Shown: positions 29,819-37,667 of the stretch, piece after piece
How positions within the stretch are numbered: position 1 is the stretch's first letter
Layout: each line of letters opens with the position of its first letter
Assembly (NCBI GenBank): GCA_963796275.1
Contig: CAWCKY010000007.1
Location: 928,001 to 992,000 of the forward strand
Reading direction: 5' to 3'
DNA: 64,000 nt
Source of the DNA: an uncultured Acidobacteriota bacterium
GTDB taxonomy: Bacteria; Acidobacteriota; Blastocatellia; RBC074
Translations under genes and position numbers: made by a program
The notes under the pieces: model-generated
Seen by the model: only the letters and a program-made list of their open reading frames with translations
Database searches by the model: none
Told to the model about the DNA's origin: nothing

Positions 29819-31042
29819 CTAAGATTTCAATTGAGAAAGCGCAGCCTTGCAGACGGAGAGGCGCCGGGAATCCCCCAGCTCTCGATATAGATCTCGCAGG
29901 CGCTCCCAATTCGCCCGCTGCCCTTCTTCGAATTTCAACTTGCGGCTCAACTCAACCGCCTGTTCCCAGTTCTCGGCGGCTTCAGCCGATTTTCCCATCC
30001 GGTGATTAGCCGTCCCCATCTGTTCAAGAGCCTGTATCTGTTGTACCGGCAGATTCGAAGCCCTCGCGAGTTGCTCCATCGCTTCGTAATAGACAAGGGC
30101 GTCGGTAAATCTGTTCTGCATCAACAGGGCATTACCCAGATTGAACCCCTGGTATAGAACCAAAGGCTCCGATTTCAATCCGACCGAAACGTTGATGGCA
30201 CGCTCGTACCAGTTTTGAGCCTCTTTATATTTTTTCTGCGTGTAATGCAGATCGCCGATGTTATTCAACACGATGGCCTCTTGATGTCGCTGCCCGGCGC
30301 GCCCGAAATAACCGGCCAATTCCAGATTGCGAGACAGCGCCATGTCGTAGCGTTGATGTGCGACGTCAAAACCGGTCAGCATCATCTGAAGCTGCGCATG
30401 TTCTTCCACAGGAAGACGCGGATCGTTCGCTTTCTCTTCAAGCTTCTTTTCGAATGATTCGGGGTCGAGTCCCGGGCGGTATATTCTTACGTTCGGCTGA
30501 GCGCCAATCCCTCGCTCAAGATTCGGAGAAATCGCGCCGTCACGGACGATCAACTTAGTCATCCGCAATGACCCTGTCTTCAACTCGTCGTAGACATTAC
30601 TGACCAACTCAGCATATTTAGTCGTGGCGTCGATCTCCAGCGGAAAGAAGGTCCAGATCACGCGGCGTTGGTCAGTAACCAGGTTTTCGACATATCGCAT
30701 GAGCCCGACCAGCCGAGTGGTAGGCTTCTGCGATTCATCCGTCAGCTCAGATGGTGGAGCCGGAAGAGCAGACTCGCCACGCTTAGCTAGTTCCTGATTG
30801 ACGCCGGCAAGTTGGAGGCTGATGATCGGAGGGATTTCCCGGACGTATTGGCCCGGATCGGTGAACGGATGACCGAAGGTCAGGAAAAGGTCGAGCGACC
30901 CCGGGTCGTCGTCCAGAGACTCGAGTGCCTTGAATAGAAGCGCTGAATGATCCGGCTCACATGGGACGATCAAAAGGTTTTCCGTTCGGCTGTCAATGAA
31001 CCGCTGAAACTCCGATTGAATGTCCTGCATGATGCTTCTCAT
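29819..31042 (-). CDS. TPR-containing protein, candidate effector chaperone/adaptor
   Basis: C-terminal TPRs (LNNIGDLHY..KYKEAQNWYERAI; NLGNALL; QMGTANH); lies between the spike module and PAAR-RHS. Confidence 0.7.
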   Translation of the reverse strand: MRSIMQDIQSEFQRFIDSRTENLLIVPCEPDHSALLFKALESLDDDPGSLDLFLTFGHPFTDPGQYVREIPPIISLQLAGVNQELAKRGESALPAPPSELTDESQKPTTRLVGLMRYVENLVTDQRRVIWTFFPLEIDATTKYAELVSNVYDELKTGSLRMTKLIVRDGAISPNLERGIGAQPNVRIYRPGLDPESFEKKLEEKANDPRLPVEEHAQLQMMLTGFDVAHQRYDMALSRNLELAGYFGRAGQRHQEAIVLNNIGDLHYTQKKYKEAQNWYERAINVSVGLKSEPLVLYQGFNLGNALLMQNRFTDALVYYEAMEQLARASNLPVQQIQALEQMGTANHRMGKSAEAAENWEQAVELSRKLKFEEGQRANWERLRDLYRELGDSRRLSVCKAALSQLKS

Positions 31043-31079
31043 CGCGCCTCCGCATAATGTGCCGCTTAAAACGCCTCGT

Positions 31080-31643
31080 TCAATTGATCTTGACGATTAC
31101 GCCCTGAATAGTCACGCCCGTGCTGTCAATCTTGATCGACCCGCCCGGCCCCTGAATGACCAGCTCTACCCCCGCGTTGATAACGATCGTCTCCTTGCCG
31201 AATTCGCTGATGTGTCTAGCGTTAATGTTCCGGGCATTGGTCACGCTAACCATCTGATCACGGGTAATCGTCACATTCTGATCATCGATGACAGTCACTA
31301 TTTGATTTTTTCCGACCGTCAAAGTATCGCTCAGCGTTACCGCCGTATTACGATTTTGATCAAACTGGAGCACATCCTCAGGGTCGCCGTCGCGAACGCG
31401 GAACATGAATTTCTTTTGAATCTCCTCCAGGCGCTGTCCTTCCGATACCAGGGCCGTCTGATCACCGACCTTGATCAAAACCTGCTCCTGGCCTGGTTTC
31501 GGTCCGGCCAGAAAACTTTCGCTCGTAATTGATCCCCAGCTCGCCGCGCTGCCGTTTGTGGGAATATGGTTGTCGGAGCCAGCATTGGGCACCGCAGTGC
31601 CAGTGCTCGTTTGAGTGTCTGCGCTATATACTTCACCCGGCAT
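31080..31643 (-). CDS. Stand-alone gp5/VgrG C-terminal beta-helix spike module B
   Basis: 8-residue repeats (DQNRNTAV, TLTVGKNQ, IVTVIDDQ, NVTITRDQ); ends ELVIQGPGGSIKIDSTGVTIQGVIVKIN like VgrG tips. Confidence 0.75.
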   Translation of the reverse strand: MPGEVYSADTQTSTGTAVPNAGSDNHIPTNGSAASWGSITSESFLAGPKPGQEQVLIKVGDQTALVSEGQRLEEIQKKFMFRVRDGDPEDVLQFDQNRNTAVTLSDTLTVGKNQIVTVIDDQNVTITRDQMVSVTNARNINARHISEFGKETIVINAGVELVIQGPGGSIKIDSTGVTIQGVIVKIN

Positions 31644-31686
31644 ATGCTAATCCTCCAATATAGAACCGTTGGCAGTTTGGTAAGGA

Positions 31687-32106
31687 CTAAGTTATCGTTC
31701 GATATATAAAAAAAGCTCCCGTCAGAAACAATGCAACCGCAACTGCAATAAGCGCTAATCCTGCATAATACAATTTGCCGCTCTTGATAGGCATCCACAG
31801 CCGCGGGAATTGAATTCCATAGAAAATAGGAATTTGATCGCCGAGCTGCGTCTGATCGAACTCTTTCTGCGTAACGGACAAAACACCCTGGAAGCTATTG
31901 CCATCCTCCGGATAGGTAAATTTGAGTTCGCATCCATTTTGAGTAAGCTGTTTTTCTACAACCGTGCCATTGCCTTTGATATAGGAGACCTGATCGGAAT
32001 CGATAAACCCGACTTTGCTTTTAGCGTTAATGTACACCGAGTAAAGAAACCAGGTGAGCATCCCAGCAATTCCCCAAAAGACTATCCCTTTAAACAGGTC
32101 GCCCAT
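31687..32106 (-). CDS. Two-TM membrane protein (DUF3592-like)
   Basis: TM, GTVVEK...LKFTYP..G....GDQIPIFY..P, TM. Confidence 0.6.
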   Translation of the reverse strand: MGDLFKGIVFWGIAGMLTWFLYSVYINAKSKVGFIDSDQVSYIKGNGTVVEKQLTQNGCELKFTYPEDGNSFQGVLSVTQKEFDQTQLGDQIPIFYGIQFPRLWMPIKSGKLYYAGLALIAVAVALFLTGAFFIYRTIT

Positions 32107-32140
32107 AGATTCTAAATCGCCTCAGTTACTCAACCTAGAT

Positions 32141-32905
32141 TCACCAGCGTAATATTTCAGATTCAGATTCAATATCCTGCTCTGGTAGTTCTGTTACCAT
32201 ATTCTCAAGCGAACCTTTTAGATTCTCTCTACTAGCAATCACAATACCCTGGTCCTCTTTGCTCTCACCGATATACAGTTCAAAGGTTCCGAACCATGAC
32301 GACAAATCATCTTCGGTCGCACTTTGAAAGGATTTAACTCCAAATAACGGAATGAAGCGAGGCATGCTGCGGAAGTGGCGATCGGTAACCCTGCTACCGA
32401 ACAATTCCTTCCATTTCCGCTGGAGGTCATTGGTTTTCAATTTTGTAAGCATTATGCTCAAGGCGCCATGTCCCGACATGGCCTCAAAACACCTCTTTTT
32501 GGCGGCTTCATCCGTTATTTGAAAAACAAACTCGGGAATATCGACAACCCCTTCAACTCCAAACTGATTTATCAGCCTCGGGTCTGCGCCTTCTATCTCA
32601 GATCGACCGGGCATGTGCGGAGGCGGCTTATGAGGGATAACGGCTAAGCCTTGTTGCGGCATCCACTGGGGAGCATTGTCAACGAACTCGGCTAGCAAAC
32701 CCGTTTGCAAACAACTTTGCCTGATCATGACTTCAAGCGACAGCTGGTTATCTGCCGATAGATACTCCTCGACAAGCGAGTCGATCAGCTTCTGCACGAG
32801 AGTTAGTTCTGATCCAGCCAATGGAAATCGGCTAACCGACAATAAATGGAGATCGCCTTTTGCAATCCCTGAAAGACGCTCAATTGAGTGAGTCCGTGCG
32901 GGCAT
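32141..32905 (-). CDS. Hypothetical protein, paralog of 32921..33709
   Basis: Shared motifs VSxFP, WxPQ..AVxPxxPPPHxP, FGxxxTD, YxGESxxDxGxVIxS. Confidence 0.7.
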   Translation of the reverse strand: MPARTHSIERLSGIAKGDLHLLSVSRFPLAGSELTLVQKLIDSLVEEYLSADNQLSLEVMIRQSCLQTGLLAEFVDNAPQWMPQQGLAVIPHKPPPHMPGRSEIEGADPRLINQFGVEGVVDIPEFVFQITDEAAKKRCFEAMSGHGALSIMLTKLKTNDLQRKWKELFGSRVTDRHFRSMPRFIPLFGVKSFQSATEDDLSSWFGTFELYIGESKEDQGIVIASRENLKGSLENMVTELPEQDIESESEILRW

Positions 32906-32920
32906 TTTTACCTCTTTCGA

Positions 32921-33709
32921 TCAAACCTCGCTCTGTCTCTTGCGTTTGTCTGACAGTATGTGAGCCAATTCAGAAATTTCTCTATCCAACCATTTGTCTG
33001 AGACTATAACCACTCCTTCATCGCGCATACTCTCGCCAACATAAAAACCCGCGAAGCTTGACAGCGCTCTGAATTGGGTACTGGTTGCATTGAGCAATGT
33101 GTCAATACCTAAAACCGGTAAACAGTCCATCATTTGAAAGGATTTGTCGGTTATCTTATATCCAAATACTTCTTTCGCTTTGGCCAACAGCTTCCGCTCA
33201 TCAAGAACAGTTGCATAGAATATCGTTCCACCGCAGCCAAACAACTCTTCGTATGCTTCCCCTACCGCGTTCTTCTTGGTAATGTAACTGATCATAGGCA
33301 TTACCTCATGTACCGGGAAACCTTCTTTCCATGACAGTGCTTCCTCCCGTGATGGCACATGCGGAGGAGGCTGATCAGGGAAGACAGCCATAGCCAGTTG
33401 CGGCTGCCAGTCGAAAACGTTCAGCCCTATCTTTTCGAGAACTTCAAATTCCAACACGTTACTGATTATTCCCAGACACCCCAGCAGATCTGTTTCAATC
33501 AGGCTGGCATAGCGTTTCTGTAACTCATCCAGGAAACGTTTGATGCTTTTTCGCTCCGCATCAGGTATGGGGAAATTCGAAACAGGTATGAAATAGACGT
33601 TCCCTCTATCTGCGACCTCCGCTTTACGTACAGGATATAGCTCTATCTGCTCACCCTGAGAGTGGAAGACTGATTCGCTGCGCTCCCTCTGTTTCTTCTG
33701 ATATTTCAT
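32921..33709 (-). CDS. Hypothetical protein, paralog of 32141..32905
   Basis: Same motif set as its neighbour; directly downstream of spike module A. Confidence 0.7.
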   Translation of the reverse strand: MKYQKKQRERSESVFHSQGEQIELYPVRKAEVADRGNVYFIPVSNFPIPDAERKSIKRFLDELQKRYASLIETDLLGCLGIISNVLEFEVLEKIGLNVFDWQPQLAMAVFPDQPPPHVPSREEALSWKEGFPVHEVMPMISYITKKNAVGEAYEELFGCGGTIFYATVLDERKLLAKAKEVFGYKITDKSFQMMDCLPVLGIDTLLNATSTQFRALSSFAGFYVGESMRDEGVVIVSDKWLDREISELAHILSDKRKRQSEV

Positions 33710-33724
33710 GGACTGATTTTTGGT

Positions 33725-34414
33725 TTAGACCCCGACGTACCAGGCATGGGTGCTGACGCCGCCGATGTCAGGCTTAGCGACACCTATTTTTGGCCTCACT
33801 ACTGTTAAAGAAGCAGCTAAAAGACCGGTCGCCAGCCATAGAGCAATCGTTTCGTTTTTTATTAAGACAGCTTCCGTCTTGACTGCCGCCAAACCGGCCT
33901 TGAGACCGAGAAGTTCGGACTTGTTTCCATAAATCTGGATATTTACGCCTCCAAACTTGACTTTGAACCATCCTTCGTTGATGTACCACGATGACACTTC
34001 ATTGGACGTCTTGGGGCCGACACTGGTATCCAAATAGGGCCCTAGAATAGTCCTAACGTTACTGCCGGTAACCGTCATGACGCGTTCTCCATTAATCGTC
34101 ATGTTTTCATTGGGCGCTACGGTTGTGTTACGCCCCTGAAGAACGTTGCGATCCTCGCCCGAGATAATGGTGGTCGTCAAATGGCCGTTAACGTGAAGCT
34201 CCCTATTTCCCGTAGTCTGTGCTGTCTGATTGCCTTTGACAAGAAGCTGCTCCTGTCCTGGCTGGGGACCGGAGAGGAAACTGTCGCCGGTTATCCCACC
34301 CCAATTCGCCACGCTGCCTTTAATGTTTATGTGATTGTCTGTCCCCGCATCAGGATTCTTGGTTCTTGTTACAGTCAAAGTGTTCATATCGAACACGGAA
34401 GATATATCGGCCAT
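33725..34414 (-). CDS. Stand-alone gp5/VgrG C-terminal beta-helix spike module A
   Basis: aaggag RBS; 8-residue repeats (GNQTAQTT, GNRELHVN, GHLTTTII, GRNTTVAP, GERVMTVT); heptad-like C-terminal tail. Confidence 0.7.
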   Translation of the reverse strand: MADISSVFDMNTLTVTRTKNPDAGTDNHINIKGSVANWGGITGDSFLSGPQPGQEQLLVKGNQTAQTTGNRELHVNGHLTTTIISGEDRNVLQGRNTTVAPNENMTINGERVMTVTGSNVRTILGPYLDTSVGPKTSNEVSSWYINEGWFKVKFGGVNIQIYGNKSELLGLKAGLAAVKTEAVLIKNETIALWLATGLLAASLTVVRPKIGVAKPDIGGVSTHAWYVGV

Positions 34415-34487
34415 GCACTCTCCTTAAAAATTCGATTATTAGATTTTGCGGCTATTGTGTTCTTCTTTTCTGATTCTGCTCTCACTT

Positions 34488-36119
34488 TCATCCAGTCTCC
34501 CTCGAAAAGAACTTGCTCCGTATATGGACCCTTCCATCCGGCGCATTCAGGAAGATATCGCCGGGAGAATTGAGGCAGAGCATCTTCCGCCCTCCCGTTT
34601 CCGGACAGCTGTCTATCAACTGAATCGTCTGCCCGCCAGGAGTCGAGATGACTATCGATTCCTTGCCTCCCACATCGACCAGTTGAATGCGATTGCCGCT
34701 TTTGGTGACGATGCGCTTGATATCGTTGCGGGCCATGTCGGACGCTATCTGCGTCCCATTGCTCCCGACGGCCTGCATCCCTTCACCATCCCAGAAACCC
34801 TGACGCGGTGCGCTGTCTACGCCGTTCCACAAGCCTCCGACGATGTATGGGCGCTCGGCATCGCCGTGCTCGAATGCCACCAGCACCTCGTCGCCGATTT
34901 CGGGCATGAACATGAAGCCTCGCCCGCCTCCCGCGCTCGGCGTCGTCATTCGCGCCCAGGAGGTCATCGCGTCCTCCATCCAATCGTATTTGATCTGAAT
35001 TCTCCCCATCCCGCGCGGGTCGTTGTGATTGACGACGCGGGCGGAGACGACGCCGGACATCCGCTTCGGCTGCGGCTGCTCGGCGACTGTGTAATCCATC
35101 CAGGGCGTGGCGATGAACTCGTTCCGGTAGCCGTCGGTTTGATCGTAGTGGTGAACTACGTGGGTCAGGCCATACTCGCCCTCAGCCGCGAAGTTGGTTC
35201 CTTCGATTTTGACCTTGTCGCCTGGCTTGAGACGCACATTGCGGCTGATGCCGGTAGCGATGACCTTTGAGCCGATGGCCCGCTGGCTCTCTTTTTCGAG
35301 CAAAGTCCGATAGCTCTCGATCTTCGGCGCGCGGCCGTCGAAGACCAGACGGTCAGGCGGCAATTGTTTCGATTGCTCGATTACGGCTCCCACCATATCG
35401 GCGGCAGTATCAGGAAAGAACTGCGGATCTTTACTGACCTTGGTGAAACGCCTGCTCTCCATCGTGCGCGGATCGTAGCAAGTGCCGTCGAAGGCGGGCT
35501 GCCCCAAGCGACCCTTGATCGTAAAACTCGTCAGGCCGTGTTCGTCGTGCCAGCGCATCGTCAGCCCCGTATCCTCGAATCCTTGTCTGATCTCCACGCC
35601 TTTTTCGGTGGGACGGATGAAGCATCCCTGGTCATCGGCGATGCGGTGGATAAAATCGAAATCGCTCTCGCCCCATTGCACGTAGTTCATCCGCGTGGAT
35701 TCGCCGTTGGCGTTGTACTGCAACTCCAACCCATCTTCGCTGATGACCTGTTGAGCTACCTCCTTCAGATTCTTTTTGTAGAAGTAATCCTCCTCAGGCG
35801 TGAGTTGCAGTTTGTAAGATTGAGTAACTCCACGTAATCTCGCGATGTAATCTCCATGTAGTTCGTACGACAGTTCGGCCTCAAGCACGAGGCCGTTGAA
35901 AAGCGGTAACTCGGCTGTATACTCCTCGAAGGCGATGAACTCGATCGGCTTGCCGAGGTAGGTCGCGACAGGAGGTTGTTGCTGGTTGATCAGACGGAAC
36001 TCGATGTCGCACCAGTAGTGAGTGCCCAACTCCTGGCGAATTGCGAGGTTCGAGATCATCGCATCTTTTAAAATTTGGCCGTCGATCTTCAAATAAAAGG
36101 GCCAGTGTCCGTTTGCCAT
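34488..36119 (-). CDS. vgrG: VgrG/gp27-gp5 spike hub protein (short form)
   Basis: YVQWGESDFDFIHRIA, ARVVNHNDPRGMGRIQIKYDW, WARMTTPSAGGGRGFMFMPEIGDEVLVAFEHGDAERPYIVGGLWNG, KRIVTKSGN. Confidence 0.92.
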   Translation of the reverse strand: MANGHWPFYLKIDGQILKDAMISNLAIRQELGTHYWCDIEFRLINQQQPPVATYLGKPIEFIAFEEYTAELPLFNGLVLEAELSYELHGDYIARLRGVTQSYKLQLTPEEDYFYKKNLKEVAQQVISEDGLELQYNANGESTRMNYVQWGESDFDFIHRIADDQGCFIRPTEKGVEIRQGFEDTGLTMRWHDEHGLTSFTIKGRLGQPAFDGTCYDPRTMESRRFTKVSKDPQFFPDTAADMVGAVIEQSKQLPPDRLVFDGRAPKIESYRTLLEKESQRAIGSKVIATGISRNVRLKPGDKVKIEGTNFAAEGEYGLTHVVHHYDQTDGYRNEFIATPWMDYTVAEQPQPKRMSGVVSARVVNHNDPRGMGRIQIKYDWMEDAMTSWARMTTPSAGGGRGFMFMPEIGDEVLVAFEHGDAERPYIVGGLWNGVDSAPRQGFWDGEGMQAVGSNGTQIASDMARNDIKRIVTKSGNRIQLVDVGGKESIVISTPGGQTIQLIDSCPETGGRKMLCLNSPGDIFLNAPDGRVHIRSKFFSRETG

Positions 36120-36173
36120 ATAAATTTATTCCTCTGATCGTTACTATCTGGTCATTCCAGGTCGTGCCGGGTC

Positions 36174-36488
36174 TTAGGGAAACGGCAAATGTAAAACTTG
36201 AATGAAATCGCGGTAGTGATTCCCCGTCACATATACCTCGCTGCCATCCCCCAGTACCACACGTAGCGTGCCCGATTCTGCGGAAGTTCCCAGATAGAAT
36301 TCCTTGTAGTAACCATGGGATCGATTCGGCAGATCATTATATTTGTTGACAAAGATGCTGTTTCCGCGCCACCCGAAGGGTAACCGGCCCAACCGGAAGT
36401 CTTTCACCAGGTGATACAGATTACGCAGACGCGGATCGCCGAGCGGGTTGCGATTGTCCGTCTTAACTGTCCATTTGATCGTTTTCAT
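36174..36488 (-). CDS. Guanyl-specific ribonuclease (barnase/RNase Sa family)
   Basis: FVNKYNDLP..GYYKEF...GTLRVVLG...YVTGNHYRDF; catalytic E, one R and H retained. Confidence 0.8.
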   Translation of the reverse strand: MKTIKWTVKTDNRNPLGDPRLRNLYHLVKDFRLGRLPFGWRGNSIFVNKYNDLPNRSHGYYKEFYLGTSAESGTLRVVLGDGSEVYVTGNHYRDFIQVLHLPFP

Positions 36489-36512
36489 ACGTTCCAGTAA
36501 TAGAGTGAATTC

Positions 36513-36578
36513 GCCACGTAGGCACAGAGGCACGGAGGGGAACGCGTTTCACTCTCCGTGTCTCTGTGTCTCTATGGC
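36513..36578. repeat. REP-like imperfect palindrome
   Basis: gccacgtaggcacagaggcacggag...ctccgtgtctctgtgtctctatggc. Confidence 0.65.
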
Positions 36579-36583
36579 AGGTT

Positions 36584-36937
36584 TCACTTGATCTGCAGGC
36601 GTTCTATGCCTTTGCCTTTGTAAAAGAGCGTGAATACATAAACCGGTTCGTAAGCATCGCTCGTAGGATCAACCTCGATCATCTTCACTTCGACCCAATC
36701 GATTCCCAGTTCACGCAGGCCCTCATTCATTCTCTTGACAGTCTCCTGCCGCAAGCTGAGTTTGAACGGAAGCTCCGCCAATGCGTCACGGATGCCGAAA
36801 TTCGGGGAACCGGGCCAGCCGCTTGCCGGCGTCGCGAGCATCACTTTCAGCAGGCGCAGAAGGTTCGCTTCCGCGCCGGTTGAACGCTCCATCCGACCGA
36901 TCGGATCGATCCGCAAAGGGAAAGCCAGGTAGTCCAT
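36584..36937 (-). CDS. tssE: TssE/gp25-like baseplate wedge protein
   Basis: YLAFPLR...LKVMLATPASGWPGSPNFGI gp25 motif; downstream of hcp. Confidence 0.8.
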   Translation of the reverse strand: MDYLAFPLRIDPIGRMERSTGAEANLLRLLKVMLATPASGWPGSPNFGIRDALAELPFKLSLRQETVKRMNEGLRELGIDWVEVKMIEVDPTSDAYEPVYVFTLFYKGKGIERLQIK

Positions 36938-36942
36938 CAGGG

Positions 36943-37368
36943 TTAATTACCGAGAGTGATCTCCTGATAGTTCGCCTGGTTGTGTACCGGTGTGAACTCG
37001 ATGTCGAGCACGTGGTTATAAACGGTCCCGCCGGCATCGGCGCCAACGTTTGAAACGCGGAAGGAACTGATCCAGGCCTTGCATTTGAAGGAGCAGATGA
37101 CATCTTTCTTCGAGTCATCTTTCCAGCACTCGAGTTTCAACTCCTTGATCTTCTCGCGTGTCGCAACATTACTAAGGTCGAAAAATTTCTTAATGGTTGC
37201 GAATTTGGCATTCTGGTCGTCGTGCAGATCGAGACGAACATTCACCGCGGTGGTGAGGGTTTGCATCTGCGGCATCCCCGCAGGATCCTTCGCCGTGTTC
37301 ATGGCAAAAACGGCATCCACCACATCTACTTTCTCACCATCAAATGTTATGGTAGCTCTAACTGGCAT
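36943..37368 (-). CDS. tssD: Tube protein Hcp (Bacteroidota TssD-like)
   Basis: 141 aa, ggagg RBS; RATITFDGEKVDV...F.....D..G.P...; SFKCKAWISSF; follows the sheath genes. Confidence 0.7.
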   Translation of the reverse strand: MPVRATITFDGEKVDVVDAVFAMNTAKDPAGMPQMQTLTTAVNVRLDLHDDQNAKFATIKKFFDLSNVATREKIKELKLECWKDDSKKDVICSFKCKAWISSFRVSNVGADAGGTVYNHVLDIEFTPVHNQANYQEITLGN

Positions 37369-37407
37369 AACAATCCTCCATTGAAAGGTAATCAGTTTCA
37401 GTTTTTA

Positions 37408-37464
37408 GACAGTACCGGCAGGATTCGCCGAGATCACCCGAGGTAAATCCTGTCAATCCTGTCT
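37408..37464. repeat. REP-like palindrome upstream of hcp
   Basis: gacag...ggcaggatt...aatcctgtcaatcctgtc. Confidence 0.5.
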
Positions 37465-37628
37465 GAGTAACACTTCAGACTCACTGAGCGTTGATCACTG
37501 CCGAAGGAATAAGGAGAACTGTTCCCGCATCCATTCGAGCATCGATTTAAATTTCGCGCCGAGTCGCGCGCGAAAACTTGGCCTCGGCGACTTCCCTGCT
37601 TCAATCACCGATAGTGGCGTGTTCGGTG

Positions 37629-37664
37629 CGCTGCCGGTCATGACGCGTAACTTCACCGGCAGCG
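37629..37664 (-). terminator. Hairpin just downstream of tssC (possible attenuator or mRNA-stabilising stem)
   Basis: cgctgccggt-N16-accggcagcg 10-bp stem; no U-tract on the minus strand. Confidence 0.4.
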
Positions 37665-37667
37665 TTT

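Noticed and set aside
34415-34487. vgrG and module A being one gene split by a sequencing error
   Set aside because: 73-bp AT-rich spacer with its own aaggag RBS, and the same N-terminal motif starts the independent module B gene; read check still advisable
34446-35270. 274-aa plus-strand ORF opposite vgrG
   Set aside because: Antisense shadow ORF
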